Origin: Octopus vulgaris | Lineage: Eukaryota | Reading direction: 5' to 3' | NCBI GenBank assembly: GCA_951406725.2 | Contig: OX597839.1 | Location: forward strand, 29,140,001 to 29,204,000 | Length of the DNA stretch: 64,000 nucleotides | Shown here: piece by piece, positions 1 to 11,670 of the stretch | Numbering within the stretch: position 1 is the stretch's first letter | Layout of the letters: every line of letters begins with the position of its first letter | Notes under the pieces: model-generated | Databases searched by the model: none | Told to the model about the DNA's origin: nothing | What the model saw: the letters and a program-made list of their open reading frames with translations, nothing else | Made by a program: the position numbers and the translations under genes

Positions 1-236
1 TCTGGCAGCCCCTAATGGTCTTCATTTTTAAATAAATTTTTCTTTAATTGACGAGTGTTTTCTCTTCTTTTGGTGTGGCTCCCCGCCCCCCAAAAAATCC
101 AGGTTTTGGGTCTGGCCCAGATATTAGAAAGGTTGAGAACCATTCTAGTTATATATCATCACTATCATTTACCATCTGCTGTCCGTGCTGGCAAGCTGGG
201 GGGGAGGTTCCAGTCTGATTTGGCATGGTTTCTACT

Positions 237-438
237 AAAGGTACAAGGTCTGAAATTTTTGGGGAGGGGGCCAGTCGATAACATCCACTCCAGTGTTTCA
301 CTTGTGCTTAATCTATCGATTCCGAAAGGATGAAAGGCAAAGCTGACCTCGCTGGAATTTGAACTCAGAATGTAAAGATGGACAAAATGCCGCCAAGCAT
401 TTTGACTGGCGTACCAACGATTCTACCAACTTGCCTTC
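237..438 (-). mobile_element. tRNA-derived SINE with Meta-like domain (family B)
   Basis: Reverse complement has B-box GAGTTCAAATTC and core AGGTCAGCTTTGCCTTTCATCCTTTCGGAATCGATAGATTAAG, shared with many other copies in the window. Confidence 0.8.
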
Positions 439-984
439 CTAATAATAATAATAATGGTAATAAAAACAGATGGAAAACTAAGAAGTTAGAATTTTGAAAT
501 TTGCAGAAAAAACAACTAAAAAGCAAAACAATCCCCTCCCCCCAGAAAACAAGTACACACACACACACTTTCACCTCTTCCCCCCACCCCCATGCACGTG
601 TGCATTGTGCATAGATAGAATCACATGTATGCACCTGAATAAACACAGATGGTAGCAAGATCAGTTCCACAAGAGAGGAAGAAATAATGCCAACATATGT
701 TACATGTACATAGAGACACACACAGACGTGTGTGAGAGAGAGTTGGAACAGATCTTGCATGCACGAGAGGAGGGGGAGAGAGAGAGAGAGCAAAAGAAAG
801 AGAGAAGGAAAAATATGCTTGTATCACATAACATATTTTGAAGGTTTTTTTTTGTTTTTTCTGTGTTTGTTGTTCTTTGGAAGGGTCTCCACGCATGGCC
901 TTCCTGGGACCTCCAAGGTCGAAAGTATGCAAAAATACAGAGACACATGCACACACACACAATATCATTCAGCTGTTGAGCACA

Positions 985-1300
985 TATACACCTGTTGAAT
1001 AGTATTCCCCTCCATATACACAACACATACACACACACAGAGTCTCAAACACACATCTGTTGAATAGCATACACATACACATGCATACACACACAGAGTC
1101 TCAAACACACATCTGTTGAATAGCATACACATACACATGCATACACACACAGAGTCTCAAACACACATCTGTTGAATAGCATACACATACACATGCATAC
1201 ACACACAGAGTCTCAAACACACATCTGTTGAATAGCATACACATACGCACATTCACACACATCTGTTGAAAGTACATGCATACTTTTTATCTGTTGAAAG
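985..1300. repeat. 56-bp minisatellite, about 4 near-perfect copies plus decayed flanks
   Basis: AGAGTCTCAAACACACATCTGTTGAATAGCATACACATAC starts at 1039, 1095, 1151 and 1207. Confidence 0.92.
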
Positions 1301-1868
1301 AATATACACACATACAGAGGGGGAGAGAGAGAGAAAGAGAGAGAGAGGTGAGTGAGGGGTATAAACTGAAGTACAAATAAGATACAAAGCAAAAATATAT
1401 TTAAAAAAAACCCCAGATAATTGCCAGCAACCATGGGGAGTTGAATTGTTTTTGCTTTTAAATTTCAAACGAGTGTTTGAAATAGCAACCCCAGTTATTT
1501 GAAATAATACCCAGTTAGCAACCATGCTTTGTTGGAATAATAAACCAGTTGATAACCTTGGTTTGTTGAAATAAACCAGTTAGCATCTTTGCTTCTTAGC
1601 AGAAATAATAATTTTGTTAGCAACCAAGAATATTTGAAATAATAAACCCACTACTTGACCCTTTTGATACCAACCCAGCTGAAACCACCTCTGGTTCTTG
1701 TAGTACGAATGTCTTGTTTTCAAAAGTTCTGAATTAGAATCTTCCACCAAACCTTAGTCACAATTTATGTTCCTAAAACTAGATTAATGCAGTTCTAGAT
1801 TTAAGAGATGAGGAATTATGTACATTATTTACATTTGACGGATATTTGTCCTCATCTTGTTTGTTGTT

Positions 1869-1914
1869 AACACAACATTTCGGCTGATATACCCTCCAGC
1901 CTTCTTCAGGTGTC
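1869..1914 (-). ncRNA. Minimal type I hammerhead ribozyme motif (Penelope-like)
   Basis: GACAC CUGAAGA A GGCUG GAGGGUAUAU CAGCC GAAA UG UU GUGUU: intact CUGANGA and GAAA boxes, 5-bp stem II, stem I GACAC/GUGUU, loopless stem III. Confidence 0.7.
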
Positions 1915-1987
1915 TTGGGGAAATTTCAAACCTGGGTTCTCATTCCTAAAGTATTTTTTGATGTTATTATTATTATTATTATCATTA

Positions 1988-2022
<35 letters not shown>

Positions 2023-2241
2023 TTACTGCCTGGAATTGAACTCGGAATCTTGGGGTTAGTAGCCCATGCTCTTAACCACTATGCCATATGCTGATGGGCA
2101 TATGTTAAGAGCGCAGGCTACTAACGCCAAGATTCCAAGTTTGATTCCAGGCAGTAACCTGAATAATAATAATAATAATAATATCGAAAAACATTGGAAA
2201 AATACTTTAGGAATGGGAACCCAGGGTCGAAATTTCCCCAA

Positions 2242-2287
2242 GACACCTGATGGAGGCTGGAGGGTGTATCAGCCGAAACGTTGTGTT
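2242..2287 (+). ncRNA. Second hammerhead motif copy, core mutated
   Basis: GACAC CUGAUGG A GGCUG GAGGGUGUAU CAGCC GAAA CG UU GUGUU; palindromic stem III ACGU; A9 position is G. Confidence 0.55.
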
Positions 2288-2619
2288 AACAACAAACAAG
2301 ATGACAAATATCTGTCGAATGTAATGTACTAGCTTAATGATAAGTTATTTTACTAAATTCTTTGTTATATTTCAAATTAGTTGAAAGAAACACAGAGCAT
2401 CTCAACAGAAATATGGTAACAAAAGGGTTAAAGACAATCAGTCAAATGGGTCTTCAATTTGCACAAGATTTGGCTGCTATTTCTAACAAGTCAAACAACT
2501 ATATGAAACAAAATCTGCAAATTAAACTGGTTAGTCGAAATGACTGATTAATTAGAATAATCAGTTAACAATCACAGTCATCTGACACGATAATCAGCAA
2601 ACATGATTGGTTGGTATAT

Positions 2620-2800
2620 TGGCTTCAAATTTTGGCAAAAGGCCAGGAGGCTATGGGGAGGGGAGTAAGTCAATTGCATTGACCCCCACCCAGTGCTCAA
2701 CTGGTACTTATTTTATTGACCCCCAAAAGGATGGAATGCAAAGTTGGCCTTGGTAGAATTTGAACTCAGGATGTAAAGACAAGCAAAATGCCAATGAGCA
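2620..2800 (-). mobile_element. Family B Meta-like SINE
   Basis: Same core and B-box as the other family B copies. Confidence 0.75.
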
Positions 2801-3620
2801 GTTAGCAACCATGGTTTTTGAAATAATGAAGTGACCAGTTAGCAACCCTAATTAACTGAGATAAGCAGTTAGGAATTCTAACGAGGAGAAGTAATATTAG
2901 CAATACTAATTAGATGAAATAATAATTTTGGCAATCCCAGTTAATTGAATGAACCAGTTAGCAACTCCGGCAACTGGTTGACTGTTTATTTCAGCTAACG
3001 AAGGTTGCTAATTGGTTATTTTTAACTAACCCCATTTGCTAACTGGTTAAAGCTTCAACTACCAAGGTTCCCTCGACCAAATGCTTAGTTTAATTCAATC
3101 GTGTTGCTAACCTGACTGCATTACTTAACAAAGGATGCTAATTAAATGCTGATTATTTCAAATAACAAGGGTTACTAACAACAGCTGATTACTTTTAAAA
3201 GGTGGGGGATCTGGCAGGTTGAACCAGATACGTCTAAATGTCTTTAGAAGAATTGGTAGTATTAAATCTTTTTAACTCTAAACCAGAATTCTCACAAAAT
3301 TATTAATAATCCTACTAAACACAACTCATTCCAAACGTTTGTTATTTGTTCCTTCTCAAGGCCCACACATTGCCTGGTCTGAGATCGAACCCAATGAGTT
3401 TGCTGCCCTAACCACTAGGCCATGTGCCTCCACATTCCAAATGCTTAGCCCACGAATATTTAAGCAGGCCATATCTGGCCCAAATATTTAACCTGCTGTA
3501 TGCTGAAACTATCCAGACCTGACGTCTCACACCTATATGCTAAAGGGTTAATACATTAGTTTTATATATATCTTGTCAGTAGTTCATATATCCAAACAAG
3601 AAGCACCCTCTTGGTCTGTC

Positions 3621-3672
<52 letters not shown>

Positions 3673-3793
3673 CGGTTTCTTTATAATGATATAATTGATA
3701 TAATGTACTTGTTAATCAATTAAAGGCATCATTAGAAATGGCCATAATGAATTGACACCTGTCCTTCAATTGTTACTTATTTGTGTATGTGCA

Positions 3794-3852
<59 letters not shown>

Positions 3853-4214
3853 TACACATTTTATGTTCAATCTGGGCAAGTCCGACATCTCACACCTATC
3901 CTAAAATGTCATTCTAGAAGTAAACAATCATATCATCGACTCCTTGAGGCTATGAAGCTTGTGTGGATAAACCTGCATTACATTTGACTGAGTAATCTGG
4001 ATGTTAAACACTTAAGCCATCATTGGTGCAGGACTTGATGCCTGACAGACTGTGGTTGCATTGTTGAAAATGTGTGCCGAAAAAGCTAAGATAAACAAAT
4101 GGAATACAAATATCTGAGAAGTGTCGGAGGGAAAGAAAGAAAAAGGGAAACTGTGATAATCTTTTTGAAAATAAACAGTTTGATAGCAATGGAGGAAAAA
4201 AGCGAAATACTTAC

Positions 4215-4301
4215 ATTAAAAATGTGGTTTCCAAGCTGTTTAGTTTTTCTTGCTTTAGTAAGGGCATCTTGCACATTATTGATGGCTGTTTTTGTGTATT
4301 C
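4215..4301 (-). CDS. GRK2: GRK2/3-subfamily kinase, next RH-domain exon (equivalent to GRK2 exon 5)
   Basis: Minus strand: long pyrimidine tract ...tctttccag|GAATAC...TTTAAT|gtaagt. 87 nt, phase 0-0, encoding EYTKTAINNVQDALTKARKTKQLGNHIFN. In frame with 19173-19274 and alignable to GRK2 [25 protein letters not shown]. Confidence 0.88.
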
Positions 4302-5287
4302 CTGGAAAGAGAGGAGAGAGAGAAAAAGAATAAATAGATTTAGAAAGAAAAGAAAGCTTTTCTATGTCGAAAAAAAAAAGAAGTTAAGATTCAATAAATT
4401 TTGCAAGAAAAGACGAAAGATGTAGAATCTAAAAAGAAAAAAAAAAGAAAAATTTAAAAGAATTTGGAATGAAAATGGTTATCAGCTTAATTTATTTATT
4501 CTGAATCAACCACAAAACACTGATGTGTGTGGATTTGGTGATGCAAACAGGAAAGGACTCAAAACATGAGTATATATATATATGTGTGTGTGTGTTTAAA
4601 AATATTAATCAGCATAATAAGTTAGAGTGGCTCAAGGGCCAAGAGTCATTCTAACTTCAGCTGGTTATTAATAAAAATAACTTATGTATGAATACATATA
4701 TGTGAGCGTGTATATCTGTGTATGTATATATGTATGTGTTTATATGAGAATGTGCGTTTTTGTGTGTGTGTGAGTGAGAGAAACAATGGTGTCCTTGACT
4801 ATAAAGAGAGAGAGAGAGAGAGAGACAAATGTGTCCATTAGTACAGCAACAGGCTAAGAATACTCGTGGCCAACAGATAAAGATTTTCAAAGAAGGATGT
4901 AAAACTTGAATCTCTTCAGATTTGGTAGACAAGGTAAGCATTTTATGAGAAGGAATGGGTGTTTTATTTTGAATTTAGATTGACTAACAAGTAGACAAAG
5001 TACTCAATACATGGAGTAGAGCATATTTCTTTATTCAAGGCTGAGGTTACCTTCCATCATTGTTTACAGATCTTTTATCATTTATCTTTACACTTGTTTC
5101 AGTTATTGGACCACGGCCATTCTGGGGCACCTCCTTGAAGGGTTTAAGTACAAAAGCTCAACCCTTGTACTAGTTTTTAAGTATGGTGCTTATTTAATTG
5201 GTCTCTTTTGTTGAACTGTTAAGTTATGAGGTGGTAAACAAACCAACACCAGGTGTGAAGTAGGAGGGCAACAAACACAGACACACA

Positions 5288-5476
5288 TCATCATCGTTTA
5301 ACGTCTGCTTTCCATGCTAGCATGGGTTGGACGATTGACTGAGGGCTGGCGAACCAGGTGGCTGCACCAGGCCTCAATCTTGATCTGGCAGAGTTTCTAC
5401 AGCTGGATGCCCTTCCTAATGCCAACCACTCCGAGAGTGTAGTGGGTGCTTTTACGTGCCACCGGCACGGGGGCCT
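5288..5476 (-). mobile_element. (GAT)n-tailed SINE-like retroelement 3' part (family C)
   Basis: CATCATCATCGTTTAACGTC...CAGCTGGATGCCCTTCCTAATGCCAACCAC; also at 9875, 16952, 18050 (+), 21020, 30418, 39158, 47810 (+) and 52557. Confidence 0.8.
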
Positions 5477-5714
5477 ATTGCTGATAATCTGTGACATGTT
5501 ACACCACAAACACTGTAACAGTAGCCAATGTTACATATAATACCACATCTCAGACACTGTAACAGCAGATGTTACATCACAAAAACTTGTCTAAACACCC
5601 TGTACAAGCTCCACAACTAAGAATTTGGCTCTATTTCCACAGTTAATCACATCATCTCGTTATAAGAAAACCAGACATATTTCTGTAGACGTCAAGACAG
5701 ATAAATAACTTGTT

Positions 5715-6032
5715 GGTCACAAATGACCATGTGATTGCACCTAGGAAGTTCCCCTTGAAGGCATAAGTCTGGGCAAGGTTGTTTATGCAAGAGCAGCAGT
5801 CACCCATGCATACCGGCCTCCCCTCTCCACGCCACTGAGGTTATCCAAGGGAAAGGTAAAGGGGCCAATACAGCTTGGCACCAGTGATGTCGCAACTCAT
5901 TTCTACAGCTGAGTGAACTGGAGCAACGTGAAATAAAGTGCCTTGCTCAAGAACACAACACATAACCCGATCCAGGAATCGAACTCACAACCTCATGCTT
6001 GTAAGCTTGACACTCTACCCACTGAGCTATGG
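5715..6032 (-). mobile_element. tRNA-derived SINE with CORE/Nin-like centre (family D)
   Basis: Minus head TAGCTCAGTGGGTAGAG...GAGTTCGATTCC, then GTTCTTGAGCAAGGCAC and CACTCAGCTGTAGAAATGAG; sister copy at 30550-30862. Confidence 0.8.
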
Positions 6033-6550
6033 GACTTTACAGGGTAATTAATATTTCCATAATTAAAAGGTTAGTTCTTTGGTGGTAGAAGGAGGAGGGA
6101 GAGAGAAGAGAGAGAAGAGAGAGAGTCACTGGTTGCATTCAGCTGAATTTAGGCTGGTTTCTTGGTTGACATGGCATATAAATTTCCCACCTGGCTGGGA
6201 CACTGGAGCAAGATGAAATGGAAGTGTCTTGCTCAAGAACACAATGTGTTGCCGGGTCCAGAAACTGAAACCACAATCCTACAATCATGAGTCCCACACC
6301 CTAACCACTAAGCCACGTGCCTCTACTTAACTTGTGTAGGTTGAACTTTGTAACATGTTAGAGAAAGAAACTTAACTGTTTCTTGCAATACACACCAATA
6401 AATACATTTAAAACAAAACTTTTTCAAGGGCCCTTAAAGAGCTATTGTAGATCCCCAATTTAGTATTTCACTGTGTGGACCCCACAAAATCTTATATAGA
6501 CCCTGGTTGAGAACCCACTGATTTAGTTGAACAAATCAATCCCAGTACTC

Positions 6551-6599
<49 letters not shown>

Positions 6600-6600
<1 letters not shown>

Positions 6601-6916
6601 ATATATCTATTTCTCTTTGGTCGCCCCTTTCCAAGCTTAGTCAGGCTCATGGGCCCGGTTTCTGTGGTGTATGTGTTCCCCCCCCAGCTGGACGGGATGC
6701 CAGTCCATCGTAGCATTACTGAAGAAACAAGAAGAGAGAGTGAGAGAAAGTTGTGGTGAAAGACTACAACAGGGGTCACCACCACCCCCTGCTGGAGCCT
6801 CATGGAACTTTAGGTGTTTTCGCTCAATAAACACAAACAACGCCTGTTCTGGGAATCGAAACTGCGATCCCCTGACCGCGAGTCTGCTGCCCTAACCACT
6901 GGGCCATTGCGCCTCC
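6600..6916 (-). mobile_element. tRNA-derived SINE, family D-related with a different tail
   Basis: Minus head TGGCCCAGTGGTTAGG...GTTTCGATTCC; related copies at 6130-6325 and 60225-60461. Confidence 0.75.
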
Positions 6917-7743
6917 ATACACACACACACACATACACACACATATGTATAAAAACACCTGGCACTTATTTTATCAGTCTCTTTTTGCTGAATTGCTAAG
7001 TTATGGGGATGACTGAGAGCAGTTGTCAAGTGGTGGTGGTGGACAAGCACAAAGACAGATACCCACACACAACATATATGACAGGCTTCTTTCAGTTTCC
7101 ATCCACCAAATCCACCCACAAAGTTTTGGCTAACTCAGGAGAGGGGTGGATTCAAGGCGGTGGGGGAGAGAGAGCTGAGGGGCATATGCCCCCCCCCCTC
7201 TCCTCAAGAAAAGAAGTGCGTACTCCTAAATAATGCTATTACCCCCTTTTTTCCTAGAATTGTATTCCCTTCTGACCGTGCGCAGTCCCTTTGAAAAATT
7301 CCTGAGACCACGCCCGCAGGGTGGGCGTCAGTAGAAGATACTTGGCCAAGGTACCACATGGTCGGGAAGCAAGCATCTTAGTACACAGCAACACCAGAGT
7401 CTGGCGAGGGAGTTGAAACCTCATCAGCCCTCATCCAACTTAATCTTGGCAGCTTTGTTTCCAAACATAGAGTAATGGCTGAAAAGTGATACTCCTGGAA
7501 TGCTTACAGGAAGTCATTTACCCTCATAAAACTCCCACCAGAGATAGGAGGGGTGGGGGGTGGAGGTGGGTGGGTGTTGGTGGTGGATGTCTACTTTTTA
7601 CCATCTGTGAAGTGTTTTTTGTTGTTGTTTTAATCAGGAAAGGGAGGTGGTGATGGATTTATTGGCCTGCACTTGTGAAGCTTGTACATGTGTATGTAAC
7701 TGTGTATGTTTGTAGATTTTATGAGGTGATTTTAATTATCTTC

Positions 7744-7774
<31 letters not shown>

Positions 7775-7865
7775 ATATATATGCACATACATACATATAT
7801 ATATATACATACATACATACATATATATACATACATATATATTATACATATACACACATACATAC

Positions 7866-7903
<38 letters not shown>

Positions 7904-8624
7904 CACTTTAAATAGACAACTGAAAGAGCTACTAACAGTTTCATGCTATCATGATACTTGAACAGGAATATTCCTAAAATACGCCAATCTTTCAGTGACT
8001 CAAGGGACGAGAGTTTGGTGTATTGGCACTTATCAAATTTGATGTAGATACATGTGTACGAGTGTGTGTGTGTATGGCATATACATATATGTGTGTGTGT
8101 GTGTGTAATTTTTCTTAATCATACACACAAGTGCATTTATAGCCAAAGTAAGTAGTCTGAATTTTGAAAAACAATTGAGATCCATAAATCCATGAAAGAT
8201 GTTTGCTTCTGTTTTTAGATAACTTTTAAAAGAAATATTGTCAATGAAAATTAAACTCTAATTTATTACACACTTTGTTTAGAGATTATTTGAAATTGCT
8301 TTGAAACTATTTTAATTTGTTCAGTGACTATTTCGATTTGCTTCATAACTTATCTTAATTTCGAGATTGTCTTAATTAGCATGTGAAAAGGTGCAGTGTT
8401 GGTGGTGCAATAAAGTGCACACAGACACACACACACACCATGCTGCAAGCCACACACAGCATGCTTTTGTTTGGATGTGTGTGTTAGAAGACAGGAACTG
8501 TGGAGACCGCCAAGACAGTGAGACCCGTCCAACACATGCTAGCATGGAAAAATGCGTATGAGAGTGTACACATGCTCATACACACACATACGCCAATGCC
8601 TGAAACTCTCAGACTTTGAGTCAC

Positions 8625-9000
8625 TCTGGCTTTGTGGTAAGAAGCTTGCTCCCTAACCACATGGTTCTGGGTTCAGCCCCACTGTGTAGCACCTTGGGCA
8701 AATGTCTTCTACTATAGCCTTGGGCTGGCCAAAGCCTTGTGAGTGGATTTTGTAGATGGAAACTGAAAGAAGCCCGTCATATATACATATATGTTTGTGT
8801 GCATGTTTGCCCCCCCACCATCGCATGACAACCAATGTTGATGTGTTTACATCACAGCAACTTAGCAGTTTGGCAAAAGAGACCGATAGAAAAAATACTA
8901 GGCTTAAAAAGACTAAGTCCTGGGGTCAGTTTGTTTGACTAAAGGCAGTGCTCCAGCATGGCTGCAGTCAAATGAATGAAACAAGTAACAGAATAAAATA
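8625..9000 (+). mobile_element. tRNA/CORE-like SINE (family A)
   Basis: TGGCTTTGTGG A-box, GGTTCAGCCC B-box, ACCTTGGGCAAATGTCTT core, internal (AT/GT)n, conserved 3' tail. Confidence 0.85.
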
Positions 9001-10550
9001 ATACACACACACATATATTATTTAAAAATATTTGATTCAGTTCTGTGCTGCTCCCTGGAGCTACCTTCTGGTAGCCATCCTGCAGTTCCAGGATCTCTCC
9101 ATTTGGCATTCAAGAGGCCTGAAGGAGTCGAACTCCTGCCTGGGTCCTTTGAAACTTGAAGTAGCACAGAACTGAATCAAACAGTTTTAAATCATACATG
9201 TAACATTTAATAAATGTGTTGAATGGCCCAGCGTCTAGGTATGTTGCACTGACAATCCCGAGATCATGGTTTCAAATTTCAGACTAGCTGCACATTGTGT
9301 TCTGGAGCAAAACACTCCATTTCGTGTTGGTCCAGTCCACTCAGCTGTAAATAGGTCACCCTGTGATGGAATGGCCTTACAATCAGGGGGAACATTGGCC
9401 TGCTTGCCCAGCCAATGGGGTGGCAGCAATCAAAAGCTAAAACGATGCAAAGCGCATTGTGACCAGTAATGTACAACAATATCTGATAGTCTAGTTGATT
9501 ATGTGACATATATGTTTCATTAAATAAATGATGAGGGAACAGAAATTGTGTAATTAATTTCATCGGCTTACAGCTGTTTCAGTTCCAAGTGCAATGTATC
9601 TTATAGCAGAAACAGATGTAAGCCAATGAAATTGATTGTGCAATTCCTGTTCTCTAGTCTTTTATTTAATACCATATTGTGCTCTGACTTCACTAATGTC
9701 TTATTCTGAAGCATATGTGTATTGAGCTGACCCTTGGTCATTAGTATTGTTATGCTTAAACAAAACATCATACACACACATACACACGAATATTAACACG
9801 CATACATATACATAAATGCATACATATTTGTGTGTGTGTTTGTATCTATCTATCTATCTATCAATCTATATATGACTGGCGAACCAGATGGTTGCATCAG
9901 CACCAGGCTCCAATCTGATCTGGCAGAGTTTCTACAGCTGGATGCCTTTCCTAATGCCAACCACTCTGAGAGTGTAGTAGGTACTTTTACGTGCCACTGG
10001 CATGAGGGCCAGTCTGGCGGTACTATATATATATACACACACACAAACATACATACACACATATATACACACACATGCACAGATATTCATATATAGGTAC
10101 ATATATTCACATGTATGACTACATATACACGCATACTGTAAGATATACGTTTACACACACATATTTGTATTTTTACAAATTCAAAAATGCACACATATAT
10201 TTACATATACTCCTATATACGTATGTGTATATACACACACATACACGCACGCAGGTACAAACATACACACGCACACACAAACAACACCATTTAAAGAATA
10301 TGATACATGTAGCCATGGATTATAAACAAGAGTGCAACTTAAGCTAAACAAGCAAACAGACACTTCCATTGAAATAGATCTCTCTACACACACATTTTTG
10401 TATTTTTATATACACACTGTAAATAAGGACTTTGAATAGACAGAACATTACACACACACAGAGGAGAACATAAAGGGACCAAACTAAATACTACACAGTA
10501 CACTGTTTGGCACTCTACCAATTCGGCAATCCATTCTTTATTATCATTAC

Positions 10551-10583
<33 letters not shown>

Positions 10584-10659
10584 CATATGGGGTAGTGAGG
10601 TGGGCTGGGGTGAATCAAGTGTTGGGGAAAAAAATGCCTTTTTTCTAAAGCTTTACATT

Positions 10660-11670
10660 TTGAGAACAAATCCTTTCAAGGACAACTTTGCCTTTCATCT
10701 TTTCAAGGTCAATAAAATAGAGTACCAGTTAAGTACTGGGGTCCCCTTCCCAATCGCCTCAAAATTGCTGACCTTGTATCTAAACCAGAAGCCCTTATTA
10801 TTATTGTTAAGGCAGTGAGCTGGCAGAATCGTTAGCACGCTGAGCAAAATGCTTAGCGGCATTTTGTCTGTCTTGATGTTCTGAGTTCAAATGCCACCGA
10901 GGTCGATTTTGCCTTTCATCCTTTTGGGAGTCAATGAATTAAGTACCAGTCAAACACTGGGGTCAATATAATTGACTAGGCCCCCTTCCCCCCAAATTTC
11001 AGGCCTTGTGCCTTTAGTACAAAGGTTTATTATCATTATATTACCAAGCCAAACAAAGTGCTTAGCAGCATTTCTTCTGAATCCTTATGTTTTGAGTTCA
11101 AATTCCACTGAGGTTAGCTTAGTCTGTCATTCTTTTGGGGGTCAATGTAATTGACTAGCCCCTCCTGCCAAATTCCAAGCCTTGTGCCTTTTGTGGAAGG
11201 AATTATCATTATAGGGTCATTTAGCACACCAGACAAAATGCTTAGCGGTATTTTGTCCATCTTTATGATCTGAGTTCAAATTCTGCCAAGGTAAACTTTG
11301 CCTTTTGTTCTTTTGGAGTTGATAAAATGAAAACCAGTTGAGCACTGGGGTTGATGTAATCAACTAACTCTCTCCCCCAAATTGCTGGCCTTGTGCCAAA
11401 GTCATAATTATTATTATGATTATTATTGCTGTTATTAAAGGTGATGAGCTGGCAGAATCGTTAGCACGCTGGGCAAAATGCTTAGCAGCAATTCATCTGT
11501 CTTTACGTTCTGAGTTCAAATTCCATCGAGGTCAAAATTGCCTTTTATCCTTCTGGGGTTGATAAAGTAACTACCAGTGAAACACTGGGGTCAATGTATT
11601 CAATCAGCCCCCTCCCCCATATTTTAGGACTTGTGCCTTTTGTAGAAAGGATTATCATTATTATTATTAT
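10660..11670 (+). mobile_element. Head-to-tail array of about 5 family B SINEs joined by (ATT)n
   Basis: GAGTTCAAAT..GAGGTC..GCCTTTCATCC units recur about every 200 bp, each ending GCCTTGTGCC...(ATT)n. Confidence 0.85.

Larger units (their letters stand above)
1790..2327. mobile_element. Head-to-head inverted dimer of a tRNA-headed retroelement with a hammerhead-containing tail
   Basis: Arms of about 230-270 bp are reverse complements around GCATATG..CATATGC (2084-2104). The minus arm has A-box TGGCATAGTGG and B-box GAGTTCAATTCC, then (AAT)n, then the tail. 12-bp TSD ACTAGATTAATG (1778-1789) / ACTAGCTTAATG (2328-2339). Confidence 0.85.
1659..2427. mobile_element. TTAA-type (piggyBac-like) MITE carrying a nested insertion
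   Basis: TTGA|CCCTTTTGATACCA ... TGGTAACAAAAGGG|TTAA terminal inverted repeats. Confidence 0.8.
1410..3185. repeat. Degenerate ~30-35 bp repeat built on CAGTTAGCAACC, direct then inverted, interrupted by younger insertions
   Basis: TAGCAAC-type motifs at about 1425-1625 and 2800-2965; reverse-complement GTTGCTAA motifs at about 3004-3180. Confidence 0.65.

Noticed and set aside
5960-6032. Functional tRNA genes at A/B-box sites (also 2020-2090, 6845-6916, 36266-36335)
   Set aside because: Each runs directly into a multi-copy SINE body and lacks a complete cloverleaf and terminator.
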